Shown here piece after piece: positions 1 to 8,718 of a stretch of 64,000 bases of DNA; position 1 is the first letter of the stretch; the number at the start of each line of letters is the position of its first letter. Origin of the DNA: Pseudonocardiaceae bacterium (GTDB lineage: Bacteria; Actinomycetota; Actinomycetes; Mycobacteriales; Pseudonocardiaceae); contig WHSY01000002.1 in assembly GCA_009379815.1 (NCBI GenBank), positions 22,074-86,073 of the forward strand, in the 5' to 3' direction. A program made the position numbers and the translations under genes. The notes beneath the pieces were generated by a model. It worked only from the letters and a program-made list of their open reading frames with translations, searched no databases and was not told the origin of the DNA.

Positions 1-524
1 GGTGTCATACCGCCGGACACCGGGACGACGGTGCAGCCGAGCTTCTCGGCGCCGTAGTGCGCGCCCAGCCCACCGGTGAACAGGCCGTAGCCATAGGCCA
101 CGTGCACCCGGTGGCCGGGACGGCCGCCGGAGGCGCGGATCGAGCGGGCCATCACCTCGGACCAGATGTCGATGTCGCGCTGGGTGTAGCCGACCACGGT
201 GGGCCGTCCGGTGGTGCCGGACGAGGCATGGATGCGACGGACCTGCTCCCGGGGCACCGCGAACATGCCGAACGGGTAGGCCTGCCGCAGGTCGGCCTTC
301 GTGGTGAACGGGAACCGTGCCAGGTCGGCGAGCTCCCGGCAGTCGTCAGGCGCGATGCCGGCCTCGTCGAACGTGCGCCGGTAGAGCGCGACGTTGTCGT
401 AGGCGTGGCGCAGCGTGGCCTGCAGCCGCCGCAGCTGCAGCGCGTGCAGCTCGTCGACGCCCATCCGCTCCGCAGGGTCCAACTCGTCGGCGGGGGGCGC
501 CGTCCCGAGCCTGCGGGCCGTCAC
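1..524 (-). CDS. paaK: Phenylacetate-CoA ligase, N-terminal ~174 codons (gene continues past the left edge)
   Basis: Own reverse-strand translation: [57 protein letters not shown]...[51 protein letters not shown]. It has the SSGTTGxPT adenylation motif and a PaaK-type N-terminus. GTG at 524 is the first in-frame start. It is absent from the ORF track because no stop lies inside the window. Divergent from paaABCDE. Confidence 0.85.
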   Translation of the reverse strand, partial: MTARRLGTAPPADELDPAERMGVDELHALQLRRLQATLRHAYDNVALYRRTFDEAGIAPDDCRELADLARFPFTTKADLRQAYPFGMFAVPREQVRRIHASSGTTGRPTVVGYTQRDIDIWSEVMARSIRASGGRPGHRVHVAYGYGLFTGGLGAHYGAEKLGCTVVPVSGGMT

Positions 525-658
525 GGCGTCCCCGTCTCTTGTTCGACGGTCCGGCTGCGTCCGCGGAGCTCCCGGGAGGCGCTGTCGGCGGCGAGCATCG
601 CCTCGGCCGGGCCCGCCGTCTCGTCCGCCCGCGGGGCCATCGCAACCTCCCTTGCGGG

Positions 659-672
659 ACCGAATGTTCGGT
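659..672. promoter_or_regulatory. Palindromic box ACCGAA-TG-TTCGGT in the paaK/paaA divergent region (candidate PaaR-type operator)
   Basis: Perfect 6+2+6 palindrome read directly. A near-identical copy lies at 766-779 on the other strand. The position between divergent paa genes fits a TetR-type PaaR site. Confidence 0.4.
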
Positions 673-765
673 AGATAATGCCGCACCGGGCATCGGGCAT
701 GTCAAGGCTCGCGCAGCACCGCGAACGGCGGTTGCGACTGCGGCCGCGGTACTGCACAATTAGTG

Positions 766-779
766 AACGAACATTCGGT
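766..779. promoter_or_regulatory. Second copy of the paa box (reverse strand ACCGAATGTTCGTT)
   Basis: 13 of 14 positions identical to the 659-672 box. It lies just upstream of the paaA Shine-Dalgarno sequence. Confidence 0.4.
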
Positions 780-793
780 TGAAGGAGGTGCGG

Positions 794-1750
794 GTGAGCG
801 CTGCACCCGAGGAGCTGGAGCAGGCCTTCGACGCCACCGTCGCCGCCGACCAGCGTGTCGAGCCGCGGGACTGGATGCCCGAGGCGTACCGCAGGACTCT
901 CATCCGCCAGATCGCGCAGCACGCCCACTCCGAGATCATCGGCATGCAGCCGGAGGGCAACTGGATCCTGCGCGCCCCGTCGCTGCGCCGTAAGGCGATC
1001 CTGCTGGCCAAGGTGCAGGACGAGGCCGGCCACGGGATGTATCTCTACGCGGCCGCCGAGACGCTCGGCGTCGACCGCGCGGAGCTGACCGAGAAGCTGA
1101 TCGAGTCGAAGCAGAAGTACTCCTCGATCTTCAACTACCCCGCGCTGAGCTGGGCCGACATCGGCGTCATCGGCTGGCTGGTCGACGGCGCGGCGGTCTG
1201 CAACCAGGTGCCGCTGTGCCGTTGCTCGTTCGGCCCCTACGCCAGGGCGATGATCCGGATCTGCAAGGAGGAGTCGTTCCACCAGCGGCAGGGCTACGAG
1301 CTGCTCATGGCGATGATGCGAGGCACCGACGCGCAACGGGCGATGGTGCAGGACGCCACCGATCGGTGGTGGTGGCCGTCGCTGATGATGTTCGGCCCGC
1401 CGGACGGGGACTCGCCCAACACGCAGCAGTCCATGCAGTGGCGGATCAAGCGGCACACCAATGACGAGCTTCGACAGCGGTTCGTGGACATGACCGCGCC
1501 GCAGGCCGAGGCGCTGGGCGTCACCCTGCCCGACCCGCAGCTGCGCTGGAATCCCGAGCGCGGCGCGCACGACTACGGGGAGCCGGACTGGGAGGAGCTC
1601 AAGCAGGTGATCTCCGGTGCGGGCCCGTGCAACCAGCAGCGGATCGCCCACCGGCGCGCGGCGCACGAGAGCGGCGCCTGGGTGCGGGAGGCCGCCACCG
1701 CCTACGCCGCCAAGCAGGCCCGCCGCGCCACGGAAGGCGCGGCGGCATGA
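794..1750 (+). CDS. paaA: 1,2-phenylacetyl-CoA epoxidase subunit A
   Basis: ORF track 779..1750. PaaA-like di-iron oxygenase sequence ([42 protein letters not shown]). Start moved to GTG 794, 5 nt after AAGGAGG (782-788). Confidence 0.9.
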   Translation: MSAAPEELEQAFDATVAADQRVEPRDWMPEAYRRTLIRQIAQHAHSEIIGMQPEGNWILRAPSLRRKAILLAKVQDEAGHGMYLYAAAETLGVDRAELTEKLIESKQKYSSIFNYPALSWADIGVIGWLVDGAAVCNQVPLCRCSFGPYARAMIRICKEESFHQRQGYELLMAMMRGTDAQRAMVQDATDRWWWPSLMMFGPPDGDSPNTQQSMQWRIKRHTNDELRQRFVDMTAPQAEALGVTLPDPQLRWNPERGAHDYGEPDWEELKQVISGAGPCNQQRIAHRRAAHESGAWVREAATAYAAKQARRATEGAAA

Positions 1751-2061
1751 CCCCGGCCGAGTCGGGCGGGCCGGCGCCGCGCGACTCGTGGCCGCTGTTC
1801 GAGGTGTTCATCCGCGGCAAGCGCGGCCTCAACCACGTCCACGTCGGCTCGCTGCACGCCCCGGACGCCGAGATGGCACTGCACAACGCCCGCGACCTCT
1901 ACACCCGCCGCAACGAGGGCGTGAGCATCTGGGTGGTCGACGCCGCGGCCATCACCGCGTCGAGCCCCGAGGAGAAGGACCCGTTCTTCGCGCCGTCGGG
2001 CGACAAGGTCTACCGGCACCCGACCTTCTACAGCATTCCCGACGACGTGCCACACCTGTAG
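1747..2061 (+). CDS. paaB: 1,2-phenylacetyl-CoA epoxidase subunit B
   Basis: ATG 1747 overlaps the paaA stop (ATGA). [49 protein letters not shown] is typical PaaB. It is the 3' part of track ORF 1627..2061. Confidence 0.9.
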   Translation: MTPAESGGPAPRDSWPLFEVFIRGKRGLNHVHVGSLHAPDAEMALHNARDLYTRRNEGVSIWVVDAAAITASSPEEKDPFFAPSGDKVYRHPTFYSIPDDVPHL

Positions 2062-2074
2062 GAGGAGTAGCCCG

Positions 2075-3037
2075 GTGAGTTCCGAGGGCCACCACACCGC
2101 CGCCGACGACGACGCCGGCAACGCCTACCGGGCGCTGGCCGAGACGACCTCGGACGGTGATCCCCGGTGGGCGTTCGGCTCCGGGTTCGACTCCGGGTCA
2201 GACGCAGTCGAGGCCGAGATCACCTCCCCGGTCCCGGACGGTGTCGACGCGGCCGACCTGGCCGCCTACTGCCTCATGCTCGGGGACGACGCGCTGATCT
2301 GCTCGCAGCGGCTGGCGGAGTGGGTCGCGGCCGCGCCGGAGCTCGAGGAGGAGGTGGCGCTGGCCAACATCGCGCTCGACCTGCTCGGCCAGGCCAGGGT
2401 GCTGCTCTCCCGCGCCGGTCACGTGGAGGGCCGCGACTCGAGCCCGATGGACGGCACCGCCGTCGCCGACGAAGACGCGCTGGCCTACTTCCGCGACGAG
2501 CGTGCGCTCCGCAACGTCACCCTCGCCGAGGTCGACGGCGGGGACTTCGGCCGCACCATCGCCCGGCTGCTCGTCTTCTCCAGCTGGCGGCTGGCCCTGC
2601 TGCAGCGGCTGACCGCCTCCCGGGACCCGGTGCTCGCCGCCGTCGCCGGCAAGGGCGTCAAGGAGGTGGCTTACCACCGCGACTACGCCGCGCGCTGGAC
2701 ACTGCGCCTCGGTGACGGCACGGCGGTCTCGCGGCAGCGGATGCAGGCCGGGCTGGACGGTATCTGGCCGCACGTCGAGTCGCTGTTCACCACGCACGAC
2801 GTCGAGCGGCGGCTCGCGCATGCGGGTGTCGCGGCCGACCCCGGCGACACCCGCGCCGACGTCGACGCGGTGCTCGACGAGGTGCTGGGCCGCGCCACGC
2901 TGCACCGGCCCGACGTGCCGGCCGTCGGCCTGGTCGCGGGTCGCGGCGGGCGCGACGGGGTGCACACCGAAGCGCTCGGACACCTGCTCGCCGAGATGCA
3001 GAGCCTGGCCCGGATACACCCGGAGGCGGCATGGTGA
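2075..3037 (+). CDS. paaC: 1,2-phenylacetyl-CoA epoxidase subunit C
   Basis: ORF 2075..3037 with GGAGGA at 2061-2066 upstream. PaaC-like helices (YCLMLGDDALICSQRLAEW, ALANIALDLLGQAR). Position within the paaABCDE order supports the call. Confidence 0.85.
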   Translation: MSSEGHHTAADDDAGNAYRALAETTSDGDPRWAFGSGFDSGSDAVEAEITSPVPDGVDAADLAAYCLMLGDDALICSQRLAEWVAAAPELEEEVALANIALDLLGQARVLLSRAGHVEGRDSSPMDGTAVADEDALAYFRDERALRNVTLAEVDGGDFGRTIARLLVFSSWRLALLQRLTASRDPVLAAVAGKGVKEVAYHRDYAARWTLRLGDGTAVSRQRMQAGLDGIWPHVESLFTTHDVERRLAHAGVAADPGDTRADVDAVLDEVLGRATLHRPDVPAVGLVAGRGGRDGVHTEALGHLLAEMQSLARIHPEAAW

Positions 3038-3531
3038 CCCGCAACCCCGCAGCCATCGCCGCCGAGGTGCCCGACCCCGAGCTGCCGATGCTCACGCTCG
3101 CCGACCTCGGGGTGCTGCGCTCGGTCGACGTCGACCCCGGTGGCCGGGTCCGGGTGACGATCACCCCGACCTACTCCGGGTGCCCGGCGCTGGAGGTGAT
3201 GCGCGACGACGTCGCCGGACGGTTGCGCGATGCGGGATACGCCGAGGTCGAGGTCCGCACCGTGTTCTCCCCGGCCTGGAGCACCGACTGGATCTCCGAC
3301 GAGGGCAGGCGCAAGCTGGCCGAGCACGGCATCGCGCCGCCCGGCCACATCGGCCCGCGCCCCGCGGGGCCCGTCCCGCTGACCTTGGACGCCCCGTCGA
3401 GCGTCGTGTGCTGCCCGCGCTGCGGCTGCCCCGCGACGTCGGAGCTGTCGCGCTTCGGCGCCACTGCCTGCACGGCGCTGCGCCGCTGCACCGCATGCCT
3501 GGAACCGTTCGAGCACGTCAAGGAGATCTGA
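3031..3531 (+). CDS. paaD: Phenylacetate degradation protein PaaD (SufT/DUF59-like)
   Basis: ORF 3031..3531; its ATG overlaps the end of paaC. VPDPELPMLTLADLGVLRSV plus C-terminal Cys pairs (CCPRCG...CTAC). Confidence 0.85.
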   Translation: MVTRNPAAIAAEVPDPELPMLTLADLGVLRSVDVDPGGRVRVTITPTYSGCPALEVMRDDVAGRLRDAGYAEVEVRTVFSPAWSTDWISDEGRRKLAEHGIAPPGHIGPRPAGPVPLTLDAPSSVVCCPRCGCPATSELSRFGATACTALRRCTACLEPFEHVKEI

Positions 3532-3533
3532 CG

Positions 3534-4604
3534 GTGCCCGGATTCCACCGGCTGCGCGTCGCCGAGGTCGACCGGCTGTGCGCCGACGCGGTGGCCGTCA
3601 CCTTCGACGTCCCCGACGAGCTGCGCGACACGTTCGCCTTCCGCGCCGGCCAGTACCTGACGCTGCGCCGCCACGTCGACACCGCCGGCGGCCCGCGCGA
3701 GGAGCGCCGCTCGTACTCCCTCTGCGCGCCGGAGGGAGCCCGCCCGCGCGTGGGGGTACGCCGCGTCGCCACCGGCCTGTTCTCCGAATGGCTGGTCGAC
3801 CGGGTCGAGCCGGGCGACGAGATCGAGGTGGGCCCGCCCACCGGCCGCTTCACGCCGGAGCTCACGCCCGCGACGCACCACGCCCTGCTGGCGGCCGGCT
3901 CCGGGATCACGCCGGTGCTGTCCATCGCCGCCACCGTGCTGGCCGCGCACCCGGACAACCGCGTGACGTTGCTCTACGGCAACCGTCGCACCGACACCGT
4001 CATGTTCACCGAGGAGCTGTCCGATCTGAAGAACGTGCACGGCCCCCGGCTGCAGCTGGCCCACGTGCTGTCCCGGGAGCCGATGGCGGCCGAGATCTTC
4101 TCCGGGCGGCTCGACGCGGACCGGATGCGCGCGCTGCTGACCGGCCTGGTCCCCGTGCCCGACATCGACCAGTGGTGGCTGTGCGGGCCGCTGGGCATGA
4201 CCACCGACGCCCGGCAGGTGCTCACCGAGCTCGGGGTGCCCGCCGACCGGGTGCACCGCGAACTGTTCTACGTCGACGAACCGCCACCGGAGCCCGTGCG
4301 CCCCGACGACGCCGCGGACGGCGACGATGGCGCCGCGGCGACCGTCATCCTCAACGGCCGGTCCACGCAGCTCACACTGCCCCGCGCCGTCCCAGTGCTC
4401 GACGCCGCGCAGCGGGTCCGCTCGGACCTCCCGTTCGCCTGCAAGGGCGGGGTGTGCGGGACGTGCCGCGCGAGGGTGACCGGCGGCGAGGTCCGGATGC
4501 GCCGCAACTTCGCGCTCGAGGACGACGAGATCGAGGCCGGGTTCGTGCTGACCTGCCAGTCGCTGCCGGTGTCCGACACCCTCGTCGTCGACTACGACTC
4601 CTGA
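3534..4604 (+). CDS. paaE: 1,2-phenylacetyl-CoA epoxidase reductase subunit (FNR-like, 2Fe-2S)
   Basis: Real gene is the 3' part of track ORF 2712..4604. GTG 3534 lies 3 nt after the paaD stop. Motifs RAGQYLTLRR, RSYSL and GSGITP, with a C-terminal CKGGVCGTCRARV ferredoxin motif. Confidence 0.85.
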   Translation: MPGFHRLRVAEVDRLCADAVAVTFDVPDELRDTFAFRAGQYLTLRRHVDTAGGPREERRSYSLCAPEGARPRVGVRRVATGLFSEWLVDRVEPGDEIEVGPPTGRFTPELTPATHHALLAAGSGITPVLSIAATVLAAHPDNRVTLLYGNRRTDTVMFTEELSDLKNVHGPRLQLAHVLSREPMAAEIFSGRLDADRMRALLTGLVPVPDIDQWWLCGPLGMTTDARQVLTELGVPADRVHRELFYVDEPPPEPVRPDDAADGDDGAAATVILNGRSTQLTLPRAVPVLDAAQRVRSDLPFACKGGVCGTCRARVTGGEVRMRRNFALEDDEIEAGFVLTCQSLPVSDTLVVDYDS

Positions 4605-4608
4605 GCGG

Positions 4609-4654
4609 GTCGTGAGTGATGACGCGAGCTCCCGCTCGCGTCATCACTCACGAC
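4609..4654. repeat. Perfect hairpin (21-bp arms, loop TCCC), member of the CGTGAGTG... palindrome family
   Basis: GTCGTGAGTGATGACGCGAGC-TCCC-GCTCGCGTCATCACTCACGAC read directly. It starts 5 nt after the paaE stop. The arm is related to the repeats at 25100, 35829 and 56531. Confidence 0.75.
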
Positions 4655-4726
4655 TTGGCGGATCCGCAGCGGGGGTGACGGCGCTACCGTCAAGGGTCAG
4701 TCGCTGACCGACGCCGAGGAGGCACC

Positions 4727-6637
4727 GTGACCCGCGTCGAACCCGCCGCCACCGCGGTGAAGCACCCGCTCGAGCCGCTGACCGCAGCCGAGATCACCGC
4801 CGCAGTCGACGTGCTCCGCGCCGAGCGGGGGCTGACCGCCAGCACCCGCTTCGTGTCGATCGCGCTGCGGGAACCGGCCAAGGAGGCGATCCGCGACGGC
4901 GAGGGCGCCGCGGTCGACCGTGAGGCGTTCGTCATCGCGCTGAACCTCGACGACGGGCTGACCTACGAGGGTGCGGTGTCGCTGACCGACCGGGCGGTGC
5001 GGTCGTGGGAGGCGGTGCCGGGCGTGCAGGCGCAGGTCACGATGGACGAGTTCTTCGCCTGCGAGGAGATCGTCAAGAACGATCCCGGCTACCGGGAGGC
5101 GCTGGCGGCCCGCGGGATCACCGACACCGACACGCTGATGGTCGACCCGTGGTCGGCCGGGAACTACGGCGACGAGGTCGAGGGCCGGTTGCTGCGGGCG
5201 CTGTCCTGGGTGCGGCTCGACGGCCCGGACGACAACGGCTACGCCCACCCCGTCGAGAACCTCATCGCCTACGTCGACCTGCACGCGCGCCGGGTGGCCA
5301 AGATCGAGGACCACGGCGTCGTGCCCGTGCCCCGCGCACCGGGAAACTACACGCCCGACGCCGCCGCCCCGCTGCGCCACGACCTGCGGCCGTTGGAGAT
5401 CACGCAGCCCGAGGGCACCAGCATCACCGTCGACGGGCACGAGGTCGGCTGGCAGAAGTGGCGCCTGCGGGTGGGCTTCACCCCGCGCGAGGGCCTGGTG
5501 CTGCACACCGTCAGCTACCAGGACCGCTCCGTCCTGCACCGGGCCTCGCTGGCCGAGATGGTGGTGCCCTACGGTGACCCGGCCCCGACCCACTCGCGCA
5601 AGAACGCCTTCGACGCCGGCGAGTACAACATCGGAGCGCTGGCGAACTCGCTCGAGCTCGGCTGTGACTGCCTCGGCGAGATCCACTACTTCGACGCCGT
5701 GCTCGCCGACTGCGACGGCGAGCCCGTCACGCTGCGCAACGCCGTGTGCCTGCACGAGGAGGACTACGGGCTGCTGTGGAAGCACTTCGACTTCCGCACC
5801 GAGAAGGCCGAGACGCGGCGGTCGCGGCGGCTGGTCATCTCGTTCGTCGCCACCGTCGGCAACTACGAGTACGGCTTCTACTGGTACCTCTACCAGGACG
5901 GCACGATCCAGTGCGAGGTCAAGCTCACCGGCATCATGTCCACCGGCGCGGTGGCGCCCGGGCAGCGCCCGTCGCACGGGCAGCTGCTGACCTCCGAGGG
6001 GCTCTACGCGCCGATCCACCAGCACTTCCTGAACTTCCGGCTCGACTTCGACGTCGACGGGCCGCACAACTCCGTCCAGGAGGTGCACACCGAGGCCGAC
6101 CCACCCGGCCCGGGCAACCCGCTGGGCAACGCGTTCCGGTCCAGGGCCACCGTGCTGGCACGGGAGTCGCAGGCACAGCAGGTCATCGACCCGCTGTCGG
6201 CGCGGACCTGGAAGGTGATCAACCCCTCGGTGCGCAACGCCGTCGGGGAGCCGGTGGGCTACCGGCTGGTGCCCGGCGCCAACGTGCTGCCGTTCGCAGC
6301 CGGCGATGCCAGCGTCTCGCGGCGGGCAGCGTTCGCCACCAAGCACCTGTGGGTCACTCCCTACCGGCAGGCCGAACGGCACCCGGCGGGCGACTACCCC
6401 AACCAGCACGCCGGCGGCGCCGGGCTGCCGGAGTGGACCCGCGCCGACCGGCCGATCGAGGACACCGACGTGGTGGTCTGGTACACGCTGGGCTCGCACC
6501 ACTCCCCTCGGCTGGAGGACTGGCCGGTGATGCCGGTGCAGTACGCCGGGTTCACGCTGGCACCGGACGGGTTCTTCGACCACAGCCCCGCGCTCGACGT
6601 CCCCCCGCCCAGCGGCGACGGACACTGCACACCGTGA
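4727..6637 (+). CDS. Copper-containing primary amine oxidase (TPQ enzyme, phenylethylamine/tyramine oxidase-like)
   Basis: ORF 4727..6637 (GTG, with GAGGAGG at 4716-4722). TPQ consensus TVGNYEYGFYWYLYQDGTI. Copper-His region WYTLGSHHSPRLEDWPVMP. Confidence 0.9.
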   Translation: MTRVEPAATAVKHPLEPLTAAEITAAVDVLRAERGLTASTRFVSIALREPAKEAIRDGEGAAVDREAFVIALNLDDGLTYEGAVSLTDRAVRSWEAVPGVQAQVTMDEFFACEEIVKNDPGYREALAARGITDTDTLMVDPWSAGNYGDEVEGRLLRALSWVRLDGPDDNGYAHPVENLIAYVDLHARRVAKIEDHGVVPVPRAPGNYTPDAAAPLRHDLRPLEITQPEGTSITVDGHEVGWQKWRLRVGFTPREGLVLHTVSYQDRSVLHRASLAEMVVPYGDPAPTHSRKNAFDAGEYNIGALANSLELGCDCLGEIHYFDAVLADCDGEPVTLRNAVCLHEEDYGLLWKHFDFRTEKAETRRSRRLVISFVATVGNYEYGFYWYLYQDGTIQCEVKLTGIMSTGAVAPGQRPSHGQLLTSEGLYAPIHQHFLNFRLDFDVDGPHNSVQEVHTEADPPGPGNPLGNAFRSRATVLARESQAQQVIDPLSARTWKVINPSVRNAVGEPVGYRLVPGANVLPFAAGDASVSRRAAFATKHLWVTPYRQAERHPAGDYPNQHAGGAGLPEWTRADRPIEDTDVVVWYTLGSHHSPRLEDWPVMPVQYAGFTLAPDGFFDHSPALDVPPPSGDGHCTP

Positions 6638-6877
6638 GCCGGGATGCGGTGCCGTGACCACCTGTCCGGAGGCGACGCGGCGTCACGAGCCGGAGGGGCG
6701 CAGAGCCCCTCGACGACGACGACGTACCCGTTCACCGTGTCCCTCCCTCGATTCCTGCCTGTCTCAGGATGCTCCTCTCGGTCATCGCCGCAACGCTTGC
6801 CAGTGACCTCGGCAGCCGGGGCGCGTCGGTAGACTCGGGCGGTCCGTGTAGGGAGTCTCCGGAGGGTTGGCGCGCAG

Positions 6878-8638
6878 GTGAGTGGTGAGGTGCGGTCGCT
6901 GTCGGCGCAGGTGCACGATGCGTTCGCCGCGGCGTTGCGACAGGTCGACCTCGCGGGTGCGGACCCGCTCGTGCGGCCCTCGGACCACGCCGACTTCCAG
7001 TCCAACGCGGCGATGGCGCTGGCCAAGCGCGCCGGCACGAAGCCGCGCGACCTCGCCGAGCGGCTGGCCGCCGCGGTGCGCGAGCAGCCCGGCGCGCCCG
7101 CGGGCGTCGAGCTGTCCGGACCGGGCTTCCTCAACGTGAGCATCGACGACCGCACCGTGTGGCGGCAGGTCGAGCAGCGGCTCGCGGCCCCGCGGCTGGG
7201 CATCGCCGAGTCCCGCAGCGGCGAGCGCACGGTGATCGACTACTCCGGGCCGAACATCGCCAAGGAGATGCACGTCGGTCACCTGCGGACGACGATCCTC
7301 GGCGACGCGCTGGCCCGGGTGCTCGACGGGCTCGGATCGGAGGTGATCCGGCAGAACCACCTCGGCGACTGGGGCACCCAGTTCGGGATGCTCATCCAGT
7401 ACCTCGACGAGCACCCCGAGGCGGTCTGGCGTCCGGAGGACCTCGCCGAGGGCGCCGTGGCCACGACCTCGGCGCTCGACGAGCTCTACCGCCAGGCCCG
7501 CGCGCGGTTCGAGGCCGATCCCGGGTTCGGCGACCGCGCCCGCGACCGCGTCGTCGCCCTGCAGTCCGGTGACGAGACCACGCTGGCGCGGTGGCGGGAA
7601 CTGGTGGCGCAGTCGCAGCGCGCGTTCCAGGCGATCTACGACCGGCTCGGCGTGCTGCTGACGCCGGAGGACTCGCGCGGCGAGTCGTTCTACAACGACC
7701 AGCTCGCCGAGGTGGTCGACGAGCTGGTCAAGGCCGGCGTCGCGGTCGAGAGCGACGGCGCGCTGTGCGTGTTCTCCGACGAGTTCACCGGCCCGGGGGG
7801 CGACCCGGTCCCCCTGATCGTCCGCAAGCGCGACGGCGGCTACAACTACGCCACCACCGACCTGGCGACCATCCGCTACCGCATCCGCGACCTCAAGGCC
7901 TCGCGCATCCTCTACGTCGTCGACGCGCGGCAGGCGATGCACTTCCAGATGATCTTTGCGACCGCGCGGCGGATGGGCTGGCTGACCGAGGGCATCGAGG
8001 CGGTCCACGTCCCGTTCGGGGCCGTCCTCGGCCCCGACGGCAAGCCCTTCAAGACCCGGTCGGGCGGCGCGGCGCGGCTGATGGAGCTGCTCGACTCCGC
8101 AGTCGACCGGGCGCGCCGCGAGATCGAGGGCCGGGCCCACGACCTCGACGCCGCCGAGCTCGAGCGCATCGTGGCCGACGCGGGGATCGGCGCGGTGAAA
8201 TACGCCGACCTGTCCACCTCGCGCACCAAGGACTACGTGTTCGACGTCGACCGGATGGTCTCCTTCAACGGCAACACCGGCGTCTACCTGCAGTACGCCC
8301 ACACCCGCATCCGCTCGATCCTGCGCAAGGCGGGCGACGCGGACACCGAAGTCACCGCGGATGCCCCGCTGCAACCCGCCGAGCGCGCGCTGGTGCTGCT
8401 GCTCGACGGGATGGGCGGCACGCTCGACGAGGTCGCCTCGTCGCTCGAGCCGCACCGGCTGTGCGGCTACCTGTTCGCGCTGGCCAAGGCGTTCACCGAC
8501 TTCTACGAGTCGTGCCCGGTACTCAAGGCAGGCGACGAGCGGGTGCGCGGCAACCGGCTCGCGTTGTGCCGGTTGGTAGGCGACAGCCTCGCCCGGGGAC
8601 TCGGTCTGCTCGGCATCGCCGCACCGGAGCGCATGTAG
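6878..8638 (+). CDS. argS: Arginine--tRNA ligase
   Basis: ORF 6878..8638. Class I HIGH-type motif AKEMHVGHLRTTILGD. ArgS-type architecture and a C-terminal anticodon-binding domain ending GIAAPERM. Confidence 0.95.
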   Translation: MSGEVRSLSAQVHDAFAAALRQVDLAGADPLVRPSDHADFQSNAAMALAKRAGTKPRDLAERLAAAVREQPGAPAGVELSGPGFLNVSIDDRTVWRQVEQRLAAPRLGIAESRSGERTVIDYSGPNIAKEMHVGHLRTTILGDALARVLDGLGSEVIRQNHLGDWGTQFGMLIQYLDEHPEAVWRPEDLAEGAVATTSALDELYRQARARFEADPGFGDRARDRVVALQSGDETTLARWRELVAQSQRAFQAIYDRLGVLLTPEDSRGESFYNDQLAEVVDELVKAGVAVESDGALCVFSDEFTGPGGDPVPLIVRKRDGGYNYATTDLATIRYRIRDLKASRILYVVDARQAMHFQMIFATARRMGWLTEGIEAVHVPFGAVLGPDGKPFKTRSGGAARLMELLDSAVDRARREIEGRAHDLDAAELERIVADAGIGAVKYADLSTSRTKDYVFDVDRMVSFNGNTGVYLQYAHTRIRSILRKAGDADTEVTADAPLQPAERALVLLLDGMGGTLDEVASSLEPHRLCGYLFALAKAFTDFYESCPVLKAGDERVRGNRLALCRLVGDSLARGLGLLGIAAPERM

Positions 8639-8718
8639 CCGCCGACGCCGGCGCGGCGGGAGGTGCTCGGGTCGGCGGCGCGGCGGTGCGGTGGAGTGGC
8701 AGCGGTACAGTTCAGCAG

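Noticed and set aside
2712-4604. 630-aa ORF covering paaC/paaD/paaE
   Set aside because: The 5' two-fifths is an alternative frame of paaC and paaD with junk composition. The PaaE sequence starts at GTG 3534, right after the paaD stop.
4697-6661. 654-aa antisense ORF opposite the amine oxidase. Similar long antisense or off-frame ORFs: 521..1666, 6782..8455, 9787..11787, 28203..30554, 31762..33006, 41454..42902, 56579..58594.
   Set aside because: These are typical high-GC shadow ORFs. They are rich in Arg/Gly/Pro/Val, carry no recognisable motifs, and each lies fully opposite a gene with clear family signatures.
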